Shown piece after piece: positions 36,940-51,201 of a DNA stretch of 64,000 bases. The position numbers and the translations under genes are program-made. Source of the DNA: Gracilinanus agilis. Lineage: Eukaryota. The notes below the pieces were generated by a model that was not told where the DNA came from, made no database searches, and saw nothing but the letters and a program-made list of their open reading frames with translations. The stretch lies in NCBI RefSeq assembly GCF_016433145.1, contig NC_058130.1, positions 167,159,972 to 167,223,971 of the forward strand. Reading direction: 5' to 3'. The stretch's first letter is position 1. Each line of letters begins with the position of its first letter.

Positions 36940-38304
36940 TATAGTTAAACTGGCCTTGATTATATGACATTACCTCTTTTGGACCCAGAACTCATCCTTT
37001 CTCATTATTTCAACTACTCTGTACCAATGATCCTTAGATTACATTTGAGTGTAATGCTTCTCACCCTCTACTCAAGTATTTAATATTTTCTCAATGCTTA
37101 AAAGTTATTTCTTAAAATTGTAGATAGAGTCCCACCATTGATGAAACATACTACCCACCTCCAGCCAGAGTGGTGAGAGACTCAGGTTGCAGACCGTGAC
37201 ATATTTTTGGGATATGACAAAGAAGGGGTTTGTTTTGTTTTACTATACATATTTTAAGAGTTTTGCTTTTATTTCTTTTACAGAGTGGAAAGGAGGTGGG
37301 AGGGAAAGTAGATTTTTATTAACTGAAAAATAGAAATTAAATTAAAAATATCATAGAATCTTAGACAAGGAAGGGATCTTACAGATTATTTAGGCAACTT
37401 ACTCCTGAATGTAAGAAACCTTGCTCACAGAAATATTTCTGGGAAATGGTCCTTTAACCTCTGCATAAACATCTCCTGTAACTGGGAACTTGATATCTAA
37501 GATTGCCTATTTTATTTTAGAGGAACTCTAATTGTTAGATTTCAGTTCAAACACAGTCATACTGGTTTCCTGAAATGTCTATCCTAGCTCATACCAATTT
37601 CTACTTGGATAGCTTGCTGACACATAAACTCAGCATTATCAAAAACCAAACTCATTATTAACTTCCTCATGCAATTGCCCTTTTCTAACTTCCATTACTG
37701 ATTATTGTCAAAGACACTATCATTTCTTCTCAAAGCTTACAACCTGAAGTTATTTTTCACTTTTCCTTCTTCACATACAAAGTCGGATCCATTTCATCTT
37801 CTGTTTCCACAGCTATTATCCTAATACAGATTCTTATCTTCTGATGCTGACATTAATCTACTATTCATTTATCTGCTTTGCGTGTATTTGAATCTATTGT
37901 TTCAGTATTGCTGCCAATTGAGATGCATTCATCAGGTAGTACCCCCTACCTCGAACATACAGCTATTCCTATTATTTGTAAGAATTTTTGTTGTGACATG
38001 GTGTGGGTGATAGGTTTTTATATCAGATTTATTTAAGATTCTCCTTGGTATCTGTTACATTCCTTTTGATCTAGCTTGCTTGATAATCTTATCTTTACAT
38101 GAGCAAATAATGGCATACATAATAGATAACACTAGAATATTTATTATAGAAATATAGTTAAACTGGCCTTGATTATATGACATTGCCTTTCTTGGGTGCA
38201 GAACTCATCCTTTCTCATGATTTCATCTACTCTGTACCCATGATTCTTAGATTACATTTGAGTATAACTCTTCTCACTCTCTACTCAAGTATTTAATATT
38301 TTCT
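36940..38304 (+). repeat. Pair of 152-bp direct repeats (36940-37091 and 38153-38304)
   Basis: Both start TATAGTTAAACTGGCCTTGATTATATGACATT and end CTCTACTCAAGTATTTAATATTTTCT. Same length, scattered substitutions. Confidence 0.9.
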
Positions 38305-39566
38305 AGTTTAAAAAAAGAACAACACAAAAACACAAAACTGATAACCTAGAATTCTCAGTGACTCTCTTAGTCATTCATTTGGCAACACTGACTAAATGTT
38401 CAGTGTGTATAGAGTTCTGGACTACATGGGAAAAACAAAAGAAAATCATAATTGAGCCACATCTGGCACTATTCTGAGATCAGCTTCCAGACATATAGAA
38501 TCATAAGAAATTAGATTTTAGAAATGATCTAATCCCTTCTCTTTTATTTTACAAATGAGGAAACTGAGACCCAGATCTTAACAATGCTTTTTCCTTTTTT
38601 TTTTGGTTTCCTTTCTAGCTTCAGCCCCAAATTCACATTTACTGCTCTTCAATGCTCTACTTCTATCTTGACTTACTATCTGTATTGTAGATAAAAGGAG
38701 CAATCATTTAAAGAGCAGAGAGAAATGTGAGGTAGGTCAGTAAGAAAGAACACTATGGGCAAGGTATATCTGAGATCCCTTTGAGCCTTTTCTGCTTCAT
38801 TTTCTTGTTTCCTGTTTGTTTAGAAAACCATTTATTTCACCCAGCAAAAAGTAATGTTCTTGAGTTCTAATCAAAACTTACTTGCCAACCACATAGAGGA
38901 AAGCAGAAACCATATGGCCATTGTAGATGAACAGATTATTTAAAGAAAAACTCTTGAAAGGCTTCTTCCTTTATTATTTACTCATTTCAGTTGTGTCTTG
39001 ACTCTTTATGACCCTATTTGGGGTTTTCTTGGCTAGGATATTGGAGTAGTTTGCCATTTACTTCTCTAGCTCATTTTATAGATGAGGAAACTGAGGCATA
39101 TAGTGTGAGACTTGCCCAGGGTCACATAGCTAGTAAGTGTCTGAGGACAGATTTGAACTCAGGAAGATGAGTCTTCCAGATTACAGGCCTGGGGCTCTAT
39201 CCATGGTGCTGCCAGCTGCTCTAGGCTTCTGCTTACTCAACTCCTTTCCCTACAACAGATTCCCTATTATTTGCTTCCCCAATGATCAGGATTCCTTAAT
39301 GATTATGTATCCGCAGTTCACAACTACTCTACAAATTGTATCATATTTCAATAGTGTTACATATTGAGTGTACTTTTTTTTAACCTGGCATCTGTAAGAA
39401 TTAAATTTTAATGGTTGACTATATGAAAATTATGAATAATATGGTAATCACTAATTCAAAGTATTATTGCTCAAAGTTGAAATTACCTTTAATAGCGCTT
39501 ATATTTACAAAAGTGGTGGAAAGAGTGAAAGTAGAGAAATACACATTAGCCTATCTAACTAAATAT

Positions 39567-41400
39567 TGTTCCAGTGGTGGCTCAGCCAGGGCTTGTTGAC
39601 CTTCAACTGGAATTAAACTCTTCAGAAGACAGGAAGGGAAAGCCAGCTATCCACTCACCCAAGTTCCCTCCAAGAGGGCAGGTCAAGACAATGAAAGTCA
39701 TTCCTGAGGCTGACTTTCATCCTTGAGCCAACCTTCTTCTTGAAAGCTGACTTCCCTCTTGAAGTCCAACTCCTTCTTGAAGCCACCTCCCTTCTTGGAG
39801 TCAACTCTCTCTAGCCCCAGAAATTCAGGCCTTTTATAGTGGCTTCTTGTCTTCTAAATTGTCTAGCACTGCCCAGGGGGCAGTGTTTGTGGGAACCAGT
39901 TCTCACCTTCCGGAGAGGGGAATACTCATCAAAAGGGTTCACAGATTCCTGGCTGATTGAGTTTCTAAGGGTGTGAATTCACTAAGAAGTTTGCAGCTCC
40001 TCCATCTAGTTCAAGCTTGTGTTGATTCATTCAAAAGGTGGGCAAAAGAGAGTTAATCCTGTCTTAACAATCTAGTATGGTACTTAAGTAAGTGTTAGCT
40101 CCAACTAGACAAAGAAAATAAAGGATTTCCTTTCACAAGTGTAAATTAAAAGAGAACAAAGGATTCCCTTTTACAAATCAATAATGGGAAGGTAAAAAAC
40201 TACTTTGTTACCGCTGGACCATCTACTTCTCTTGGTTAGGACTAGGATGTGTGGAATACAGAGTTCCTGTTGGGAGAGATGACCCTTTCCACTGGTTTGT
40301 TCAGGCCAGTTGATCTATAATCTTGTACCCTGCTAGCCTACTCCTCCCCAACTTAGACTTTGAATTTTTGATCATTTGGGGGTCAATGCTCCTCCTCTAG
40401 GTCTAAGATACTGTGTAGGTCTATACTCCTAAAACTATAGCTCACAAGTTCCCATTGGTGCACTTAACTTTCATGAGTTATCCAGGAAACACTATTAGCT
40501 CAAAGTATTTAGATCAAATAGCAAAAAACAATAGTTATTAAACATCTTAAATTTGGGATGCAATCTACACACTATGTCATTGGGAGGAGCAGGCACACTG
40601 TAGAGTACACTGGTAGAGACACATATTTAGGGAATCCATTTAATCCAGGCTACTCACACTTCTAGCATATAGAGCATGTCTTCTTTCTTTTCCTAGGATG
40701 CAGTTTTTCTGTTGAGCATGTATATGGCTAGATTCCTTGGGCCATTTGCTCAGCTCCTAGTAGGTAGGATTGCTTTTCTTTTGGACTCAAAGGGTTTATT
40801 ATTCCTCAGAACTGTCTTCTACCTTAATTTGTGAGGCTACTTGCTTACTGGCTGTCATGTTACTTACTAGGTGAATAGCTCCACTGCAGGTTGTCATGGC
40901 CAGTGGAAAGAATAGGGAAATAATTCTCCCTCATCTCCAAGCGAAGGAACAATTCCTCCTCAAGAACTAGCCTCCTCCATAGTTGATTTCCCCCCAGTTG
41001 CTAGTGATCACATTGCTCAGAGCTTTCTTGTTTTTTGACTCTCCACTGGCTCTCTTAGAGAATATGGCTCATTTCTAAGGAGACAACTGAAGTGTGGCCA
41101 GTCCTTTGTCAGCCAGTGGCTGGCTACCTGTCTTCTAATTCTAATTAGCCTTGATTAGATCACTTTTTCTTAACTTGTAAAGGAGTAACAGTAGCCTTTT
41201 CTATCCATTTGAGATCTTAAAGTCCTATCTCTATTCAAGGTCATTGTCATCTGCTTTTTACTATCTATGATTACATCAGTTGGGCTGGGAGAGGGAAGGG
41301 AAGGGGAACAAAATGAGTTGATCAGGAGTGTCCTTACCCCTCACCCTGCACAGTCACAGTTTACTGGCAACCACTATCAATACAAAAAGCTCTGAAATAC
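39567..41400. mobile_element. Probable LTR (39567-40221) with adjacent ERV-like internal remnant
   Basis: TG...CA ends with an imperfect 12-bp inverted repeat (TGTTCCAGTGGT / ACCGCTGGACCA) and an internal ~20-bp tandem repeat. A minus-strand purine tract abuts 40221. No TSD or protein motif confirmed. Confidence 0.45.
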
Positions 41401-42961
41401 CCTCCCCATTTACATTTTCACTATGCCACAACTTTGACTTGCAGCAGATGAAATAGATAGAGAAAAAACTGGAAAGAAGATGGTTCTCATCTCACTGAAC
41501 TGGACAGATTGCAACATAGAGATGTTAAATTTTTATGCTGTGGCATAGTCATCATCATCATCAAATATTTACTGAGAGTCCACTGTATACATGGTAAAAG
41601 CCAAGAAAATGTTCTTTGCTTCCACCACTGATTCCACAAAGCCTCATCCGACGGAACTGTTTTAGATTGTTGGCAGCCTATTTCATCCTGGCTGTCTGAT
41701 GAATGGGGAACTATTTTCAATCCAGTGTTGTGCTTTAAAAAAAATTAAGAAAAATTAAAAGGTGACAGGTCTATAATGGGCTGTTAACCTAATCTGTTCT
41801 ATATGTCTAACATTTTGAGGCCAATGTCCAGGAGAATAATATTATCAAGGACAGTAAACACTATAGAAAGAAAAGCAGAGTTACTTAAATACTCTTGCCT
41901 CTGCTAAGCAGAATGATCTTTTGAATGAGGATAGTATGAAAATAGTTAATAGGGAGTTGAAATTTAAGATTAAGTGAAGAGATAAGGGAGTACCTAGTTG
42001 CCCCCAATAAGAACAAGTTACCCGTCCTGAATGAATTCTATCTCAGAGTACTGAAATTCACAGAAAGTATTAGCAAACCCTTTTCTACCAAAGAAAGCCT
42101 TCAAATAAATGAATCTTGGGCCAGTGAAAAATAGTTTGTTTGTCGTGGCTCACTTTAAAGAGTTTACAGGATTGAATGTTTTATATCCTTCCTCTCCTTC
42201 CCTCTGAAAAAAATATAGTAGCTAAGTAATGAAGAAATTAAATACTAGAAGTAAAACTTTTTCAAAATAAGTAGTAAAAATACAATGGAATTACCTAATA
42301 CTTTCAGTTTAGAGAAGAAAAAAGGGAAGACACAACAAAAAGGAAATGGTATAAAAGAACTACATATATTTGGGTCAAACCTATGGTTCATTCTATCTAA
42401 TATTCTGTCTCTGAAAGGAGCATCAAAGGTTGTTTTTGGGGAGGGTTCTCTTATTCTCCCTATTTGATATTTAACATAGATTACCTTATGAGGCTATTAT
42501 TTTGTCACCTATGAATTTCTCTAATTTTTTAAAAAAACTTTAGTGTTAGGAGCATTAGAACTCATGAGTTGGAGGATGATAATTAACATGCTAAGGACAA
42601 CAAAAAAGGGTTGTTTTTTTAGCTACGCTGGGGATAAGAGGAGGTTTAAAGGAGGGAAAGGATAGGGTAGATATGACAATAATAAAGAATCAGTTGGTCA
42701 ACAGGCACTAACAATGTGTCAGGAACTGTTTTGGGTAGGAAGAAATTACTCAACTACTATTTTGCTTCTATTTTCTTTATAAAAGAGAGAATGGCCACTG
42801 GAAAAGGAAAGATAGAATAAAAATTATTATTAAAGGATTATAAACTAAGGTAAGTGTGAAGATAGCAAGACAGCCCCTAATTGCCCTCAGTTCAAGTCAC
42901 TAGGCCCTGAAAAAACTTGATGATGTAATTTTTGATAATGATCTTTAAAAGAATATGAAGA

Positions 42962-43226
42962 CTACAGGAGAGGAAACATATAAGAAAAACAACTGCTTGA
43001 ACGCATGGGTCGGGGTGGACATGATTGGGGGTGTGGACTCGAAACCACCACACCAATGCAACTACCAACAATTTGGAAATTGGTCTTGATCAAGGACACA
43101 TGACAAAACTAGTGGAAATGCGCATTGGCCATGGGTGGGGGGGGGGCGTGGGGGGGGTTGAAGGGGAAAGGAGGAGCATGAATCATGTAACCATGTTAAA
43201 AATGAATATTAATAAATGTTAAAAAA
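42962..43226 (+). mobile_element. 5'-truncated L1 3' end
   Basis: G-rich tract, AATAAA and poly(A). 15-bp TSD AAAAGAATATGAAGA at 42947-42961 and 43227-43241, with a TTT|AAAA endonuclease site. Confidence 0.9.
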
Positions 43227-43789
43227 AAAAGAATATGAAGAAGTGGAGAGGGCAAATGAGATCTGTAAGCAAATGAGATCTTAGTTCTTAGTAAAATTAT
43301 TCAACATATTATTAAAAGGATAATTAACAAGCATTTGGAGAGGGAGGAAATAATCAGTAAGTGCCAGTATGGTTCTTTTTTTTTTTCCTTTTTTAAACCT
43401 TTACCTTCGAAGTCTTAGAAACAATACTGAGTAATGGTTCTAAGGCAGAAGAATGGTAAGGGCTGGGAAATTAGGGTTTAAGTGATTTGGCCAATGGCCT
43501 CACAGCTAGGAAACCAGATTTGAAATCAGATCCTGCCTCCAGGCTTGGCTCTCTATCCATTGAGCCACTTAGCTGCCTCCCCCTCCTTTGGAGTCAATAC
43601 TGTGTAAGTAAGTAAGGATAGGCAATGGGGGTCAAGTGACTTGCTCAGGGTCACACAGCTGAGAAGTGTCTGAGGCCAGATTTGAACCTAGGACCTCCAG
43701 TCTCTAGGCCTGGTTCTCAATACACTGAGCTACCCAGTTGCCCCCTGCCTCCCCCTTTTTTTTGAGCAAATATAGCTCTTACTGAACAG

Positions 43790-44215
43790 ACCAGACTAAC
43801 TTCATTTTCTTCCTTGATAGGGTAACTAGATTGGTAAATCAAAGGAATGCTACAGACATAATAAGATAGCTAGATTTTAAATTTCACTTACCACCTTTAT
43901 AGACAAGATATAGAGTTGTAGGCTAGATATTTGTATGATTAGGATATGGCACTGATTAAGTGTCTAAATCTCAAAAGTAGTGATTAATGGACCACTTTCA
44001 ACCTGGAAGGAGATCTCTAGTAGAATCCATCAGGAATTTGGCCTTGACTTTATACTATTTAACATTCTTATTCATCACTTAAATGTGGCCACAGATGTTG
44101 TTTTTATTGAATTTGCAGATCTCGTGAAGCTGGGAAAGATAGCCAAAATTGATCAAAATCATGATCTGAAAATATCTCAGCAGGCTAGAACAATAGGAGA
44201 AATCTGGTACAGTGA
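43790..44215 (+). mobile_element. CR1/L3 LINE RT fragment
   Basis: Peptide ILFNILIHHL...EFADLVKLG resembles the CR1 RT motif VLFNIFINDL...KFADDTKLG. Confidence 0.7.
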
Positions 44216-44279
44216 TTTGAGCTCCCAGCAAGGAAACTCACTTTAGTGTATTGAGAGATTAAATGATTCGCCCAGGGTT

Positions 44280-46300
44280 AGTCAGTGAACAAGCATTTAT
44301 TGTGTACCTACTATATATCTGGAACCCTGGAACCTAAAGAAAGGCAAAAATAGGGTTTTTGTTCTGGAGGAGCTCACAAGCAAATAACTATATCTATACA
44401 AACTGTATAGAGCATAAATGGAAGGTAAATCTCAAGAGGGAATGATTAGCAGTTAAGAATGGGTAGAGGATTAGGGGAAATTTCCTGCACTGAACTAAGT
44501 TTTGAAGGAAGCCCATGAAACCAAAGGGTGGAGGTGAGAATATTTTAAGCATAGGGGACTATGAAGGGGCCAGGTGGTGAAGGTGTTAAAAGCCAAACAA
44601 GATAGCTGATCCTGAAGGCAGTATTGAGCCACTGGAGTTTATTGAGTAGAGAGGTAGCATGGTCATACCTATGCCTTAGGAAAATCAATTTGGCAGTGGA
44701 TGAGTAGATGAACTGGAATAGGGAGAACAGCCAGAAGGTTGTTGCAAGAGTGCAGGCACAAGGTGATGAGGGCCTGCCCTAGGGTTGGGGCTGTGTAAAT
44801 AGAGAAAAGGGGATATTTTGATGTAATATGAGTGAGGACCACAAGATTGTGAGCTTAGAATGATTGGAGAAATGGTGATACTTTCAAAAGTAACAGAGAA
44901 GTTGAGAAAAAGGGAAAAGGTTTTGAGGAAAAGTTAATGAATTCTGTCTTGAACATGCTGATTTTGAGTTGCCTTTGGTACATCCAGCTCAAGATATCTT
45001 AAAGTCATTTGGTGATGTGAGATGAGAATTCAGAAGGGACATTAGGCCTGGATATAGAGATCTGAGAATCATTTGCTTAAAGATGATAAAAATTGAAACC
45101 ATGTGAGATACTAAGGTCACAAGTGACATAATATTGAGGGAGAAGAGAAGAGGGCCCAAGACAGTCTTCGGAATTAGAAACTTATGGTTAGTAGGCTTGA
45201 CTTGGATGAAGATCTAGAAAAGGAGACTGAGAAACAGAGATTATCTAGGTAGAGAGAGAACTAGTAAAGAGCAGTGTCATGAAAACCTAGAGAAGAGAGA
45301 ATATCTGGGAAAAGGTGACCAATTGTATCAGATTAAGAAAGAGCTTAGATTTGGCAATTAAAATATCATTAACTTTGGAAATAACACATTTCGGTTGAAT
45401 GAAAGATGCAGAGAGATTATAGGATAGGGGTGGAGAGAAAATAGAGGGGGTTTGTGATTATAAATGGCTTTCTCAAGTAGACTCAAAGGAAAAGAGAAAA
45501 AATGGGATAGCAGATGGCAGGGATGGTCAAATCAAGTGAGGATTTTATTAAGGGTAGGGAGACATGTTATGTTTATAAGATTACAAGGTAGGGGCCAGGA
45601 GAGAGGGAGAGAATAAAGATTAGAGAGGGTAGGGATGATGATGGGAGCAGTCTGCTGGAGACTAAGGGATAGTATAATGAGTGCATGTTGAGGAATTTTC
45701 CTTGGAAGGAAGTTAGATCACTTCATGTGAAATGAGTAAAGGAGGAGACAGTAGAGGAAGAGAAATGAATGATGTGCGATGAGGGGAAGGGAAGAAGAGG
45801 ATGTTGGACAAAAGACCAAAGGATTCACACACAGAGTACAGCAAAAAAAAATTGAATGGATCCATCAGAAGTTCAAGATAATAGTTAACATTTCTGTAAC
45901 TTATTATGTGCTAGACACAGTGTTAAACACTTTACAATTATTGCCTCACTGGATCCTCATGACAACTCTAGGAAAGTAGAAGCAATTATTATCCCCATTT
46001 TACAGATGCTGAGGCAAACAGGTTAAGTGACTTGCCCAGGGTCACACAGGGACCACAATCCAGTAAGTGTCTGAGGCTGGATTTGGATTCAGATTTTCTG
46101 GACTCCAGATCCAGTGCTCTATCCATTGAACTGCCTACCTGTTCCAGGAAAGAAAGTAGAATCAGTGCAAACAATGTTGCTTGTGAAAGAACTGATGAAT
46201 GAAGGTCAGAGGTTACAGGGACAAAAAAGGACAGGGTTAGGCATCATAAGGCTTAGAGAAAGAATGATAAAATATTATGATCAAATAATGGAATTTTCTA
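44280..46300 (-). mobile_element. L2 LINE remnant, interrupted by a MIR-like SINE
   Basis: Begins with the antisense L2 tail (aagcatttattgtgtacctact), followed by purine-rich antisense ORF2 sequence. Confidence 0.7.
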
Positions 46301-46544
46301 GTTTATGAATATGGAAGTGGAATGCTTGTAAATGATAGCAAGATTAATGGTATGATCATTTCTGTGTAGATGAGGTGGAGTGGAAGACTAGTTCAATGGA
46401 ACTGAATAGATTGAGGAACTAGGTAGTTGGATATTTGAGGGACACACAAAAATGTGTGTTTAAGTCTTTTTCTATGAGAGCAAGAGTTAGATTGGAGAGA
46501 ATGACAGTGATCTAGGCACTGAATTTATTGAAGAAGGAAGGAGA

Positions 46545-47170
46545 ATGTCAATAAAGGTCAATAGAGTCAGCAGTGTGATATGGCACCTGCAAAATTTAAT
46601 GCAATTTTAGGCTATTAGAGAGGTGTAGTATCTATAGTAAGGGTGGGTACTCTGCTCTGATCAGGCCACATCTGGAGTGTTATGCTGGCACCACAGTATT
46701 TTAAGAATACTGTCGAGCATATATCTGATATGTGTCTAGAAGAGAGTGAATGATCCTGGTGGTGAGGGGTCTCTAAATGATATCACATTAGGATCAAGTG
46801 ATAGAACCTGGGAGTGTTTAGTAGAAAGTAGAGAAGACTTGAGGGGAAAGGATATGGTAACTACCTTCTAAAATTAGAAGGGCTGTTACATGGAAGAGGG
46901 ATTGTAGTTGTTTTGCTTGGCTCCAGAGAATGGAACTTGGAGCAATGGATGGATGTTTAGAAATGGAGATTTAAGCTCCATAAAACACTACCATCAGCAG
47001 CTAACTTTCTAACAACTAATCCAACTATCCAAAATGAATGTACTACCTTGAGAGGAAATAGATTCCCTCTCATTAGAGATCTTTAAGCAGAGGTTGGGTG
47101 ATCTCTTGTCAGGGTTGTTGTAGAGATGATTTTTGTTCAGGTAAGTAATGGAAGGAGTGGGTAATATTGA
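46545..47170 (+). mobile_element. CR1/L3 LINE 3' end
   Basis: tactctgctctgatcaggccacatctggagtgttat (YSALIRPHLEC) and the CR1 3' tail. Confidence 0.75.
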
Positions 47171-48299
47171 GGTAATTTTCTAACCCTTAAAATTCTATTA
47201 AAATTTTATCTTGGGAATTATCAGTATCTTAATTTTACTATGCTATGTAAAAGTTGCATTTCAGGGGGTCTTGCATTCAGTTTTTTCAAGGAAAATCTCC
47301 TTGTTTTGGTATGACAGGCTTTGATGAATAAGCATAAGTTTTGCTCATTCCCTCCTTCCATAGTCTTAAAGAGTTGATAATTTTTCCTTTGATTTGAGTA
47401 GATCAAGGACCAATGCCAATCTTTTCTATATCTTCTGTGAGAGATGGTTCTCTTCTGTTGGAATACTCTCATGTTTGGTATTCCAGGCTAATCAAGAATC
47501 ACCTTTTAGCCTGTCTTTACATATCTTTGTTAATTTTCCTTGTCCTTCTTAACTTCATTCTCTCTCTCTCTCTCTCTCCCCCCACCCTCTCAAAAAAGGG
47601 CTGCTTATGAAGATGGTGAGCTATCCTATAACTGGAGGGGGGTCAAATAGAATCTAGGTGACCCTCTGACAGTTGTTTAGGTGGGAAATTGAACAGCTGA
47701 CTGATAAGAGCTCTTCCACTTCTTAGAGTCATTACTTCTTGAGATAAAGTGACCAAGAAATGCTTATGGTGTCCTATGATTTGTACAAGGGAAAGTTTGT
47801 TTTGTTTCTCTTTTAATACTTTTAGTTCCTCTCCTAATCATGTCTAACACTTGTGTTGGACATTTTGACTGTAAAAGCTCATTGGCTCTTCAGGGCCTGT
47901 CTATAATGATTCCTACAACACGTGTCACTTTTCTGATGATTCAGAGCCTATTCTACTAAAAGTATAGTTTATATTTTTTCCACCCTAAATACATGATTTT
48001 ACACTTAGCCATATTGAAGAAGAGTTCAAATCTGGCATCAGAAAGTAACTTTGGGACTTTGGTCAAGTCACTTACCTCTATCTGCTTCAGTTTCTTTATT
48101 TGTAAAATGACAATATTGACAATAAAATGAGATAATATTTGTACTTTGGAAACCTCAAAACACTACATAAAAGTTATTATCATTTAATTTTATATTTCTG
48201 TCAACCAGCAGCATAGTGGTTGAGTGCTTTCTGTGAAAGGCATAGATTTCTTTTGGAGATACTCAGAAATATAAGACTTGATTCCTGCCTTTAAGGAGC

Positions 48300-50700
48300 T
48301 TGCAATCCAATTGTGAAGATATTTTTTTGATCTTGCAACCTGGCTTCTCTTATCATTCTACTGAAATTATTTTCTCAGAGGTCAGCAATGACATCATTAA
48401 GGGCAATAACATTTTTCTCACTTCTTAGTCTTCTTGATCAGTCTGAAGTATATTTCTGTTGACTCTTCCTTTTTTGATATTCACCTCCCAAGCTTCTGTT
48501 ATATTCTTTTGATTTTCTTCCTGCCTCTTTGACATGTCCTTCCTTCCTTCCTTCCTTCCTTCCTTCCTTCCTTCCTTCCTTCCTTCCTTCCTTCCCCCAA
48601 GGCCATTCCCAGCCCTTTTTTATCTCTGTACTTTCTCATTTGTTAATCTCAGCTATAGTTTCAGCCGTCATTTACACTAATCTGCTATATCTTTTTATTC
48701 CTGACTCCCACTTTTATTTCTAGCTCCATATCACCATCTCCATCAGGTTGCTCTTTTGCCCTTCAAACTCAACATCAGTAAAATTGAATTTATTATCTTT
48801 CCCTACAAATTCTTTTTCTCCTAAGTTAGTATCATAGATTTATAGATGGAAGGGATTTTGGAGACCATCTAATTACCCCCCCCCCCCGTTTTATAGATGA
48901 GCAGACTGAGGCTCAGGTAGGTAAAGAGCCCTTCCCAGAGTCACATAGGGAGGGAACCTTAGAGGGAGTGTTTGAATCCAGGTCTTTTGAGCACAGAGCC
49001 CTTCTCTATGTCTGATTCATCCCTAGTTCTGTTAAAGCACTGTATTTCTCTCACCTTGTTTGTAACCTTTGAGAGATCTTTGACTCCTTTCTCTGCCCTT
49101 AGTTTTCCTATCCTCATTTCTACTGCTGCTGCCTTAGCTCAGGTGCCCATTAGCTCTCACCTGAACTATTTCAGTGATTTTGTAGACTGGCTTTCTTGCC
49201 TTTAGACTGAGATTTAAAATTCCATGAAGAAAGGGACCATGACTTGGTTTTCTTTGTATCTCTCCCATTGCTTTGTTGTTTTGTGCCAAAATGGGTCCCA
49301 ATTGCTTTATTGGATATTCCCGACTGGAGGTGCTATAGACATCTCAAGCTCAACAGGTCTAACACAAAACTCATTATCTTTCCTCTCAGACCTATCTATC
49401 TTCCAAACTTCCCTATTTCTGTCCAGATTCCCACCATCTTTCTAATCATCCATGTTCATAACTTCAGTTATTTTCTTCCCTCGACTTTCCCTTATCTCTC
49501 GTATCCAATCAGACCAGCAAGTCTTGTCTGTTCTTCCCCACAATATCTCTTGCTTCATGGCTGTCAGTGCAGTTTAGGATATCAGATTTCTAGCCCTGAT
49601 TATCTCAATGTCCTCCTAATTATTTTCTCTGTCCTCCAGTTTTCCCTGACAGTACATATTCCACATAAATGTTAAAGTGATGTTCCTAGGCAGAGTTATG
49701 ACTGCATTTACTCCTCTGCTCAAGAAATTTCCATTTTTTTTAAACCTTTAATTTGTTTTAGTAACAACTCCAAGACAGAAAGGCAAAGGTTAGCAAACAG
49801 GGTTAAGTGACTTGTCTAGGGTCACACAGCTAGGAAGTGTCAGAGGTCACTTTGGAACCCCAGTCCTCCTTACTCCAGACAGGGCGCTCTATCCACTGTG
49901 CTGTTTGCCCCAGCTCAAGAAATTTCAGTGGCTCCCTATTACCTCTAGGAACAATGACAAATTCTTCTATTTCATTTTTTAAAACCCATAACAATCTGCT
50001 CCTATGTCCAGCCTGCTTTTCCAAGTTTGTCATACTATATTTATCTTCATGCATTCTATATTCTAGCCAAGTTGCTGTCCCTCAAACATGCTATCCCATC
50101 TCCTATGCACACTGTGACTTTGCACAGGCTGTTGGCTGTGCCTTAGCTTCGTTTCCTCCTCCCTTCTCTGTACTAGAATCCCTACATTTATTCCAAGGTC
50201 TGCTCCAAGGCCACTTTCTATAGGAAGCTCTTCCTGATCCCTAGCTGCTAGTCACCCCTGAAATTACCTTGTCTTTTCTTTGTATCAATTGTGTATCTAC
50301 ATGGTGATCTATATGCTGTCTCTTCCAATAGAAAAAAAGCTCCTGGAGAACAAGGACTGTTTCATGTTTGGTTTTTGTTGCTTTTTAAATTATTTTTTAA
50401 CATTCTTTTTGAATTTAGAATTCCAAATTTTCTCCCACACCTCTCCTATTCACTAAGAAGGCAAACAAAATGATATCAACTGTACATGTGAAATCATGTA
50501 AAATAAATTTCCACATTGGTGATACCACAAAAAGCAATAAAAATAAAGAAAATGAGGAAATTATCTTTCAATTTTCACTTAGAGTTCGTAAATTCTATGG
50601 AGATAGATTGAATTTTTTCAGCATGAGACCTTTGTTTGTTTCATTTTTGTTCACCTAGTGCCTACACATAATAGGTGCTTAATAATTGGTTAATTGAATT
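48300..50700 (+). mobile_element. L2 LINE remnant with nested microsatellite, SINEs and an L1 tail
   Basis: Pyrimidine-rich L2 ORF2 sequence ending cctacacataataggtgcttaataa. Confidence 0.7.
48536..48592 (+). repeat. (TCCT)n microsatellite
   Basis: Perfect tetranucleotide run. Confidence 0.95.
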
Positions 50701-51201
50701 TATTATATTAACCTTTCACCCAGATTAATCTTCCCAGTTTTCCTAATCAAGACTAAGTCCCACATCCCTTTTCTCAAAAATATCCAATGGGTTTTTAGTA
50801 CAGTGAAAATAATGATAAATTTAGAGTCAGATGACCTGGGCTTCTTTGACAGCTCTGCTGTTTGCTGCTTTTATAATGGTGAGTTTCTTGTTGCTCACTG
50901 ATTAAAGTTTAGAATTTTTAATTTAATGTTAGAGATGTTTCATAGATTGACTCCTAGAGAATGCCACTGCATTCCAAAATATTTATGATAGCCACTTGGG
51001 ATTCCCTGTATTTTGCCCCAAATTCTTCCATCAGCTCCGAAGGATGTGAGCATCCTTGGGACCTGTTGCTTAGAAAAGAAATGAGAAATGGCTGGAACTT
51101 CAACTGAATGCTGAATATATTTGATTGTGCTTGCTGTATAATCTTCAGTGGATCCCTTTGTCTCTCTCAATCATAGTTTCCCATTCGTAAAATGAACTAG
51201 G

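Noticed and set aside
47230-47530. Unique-looking block with semi-open frames on both strands
   Set aside because: It has multiple stops and no recognisable motif, so there is not enough support to call a pseudogene or transposase fragment.
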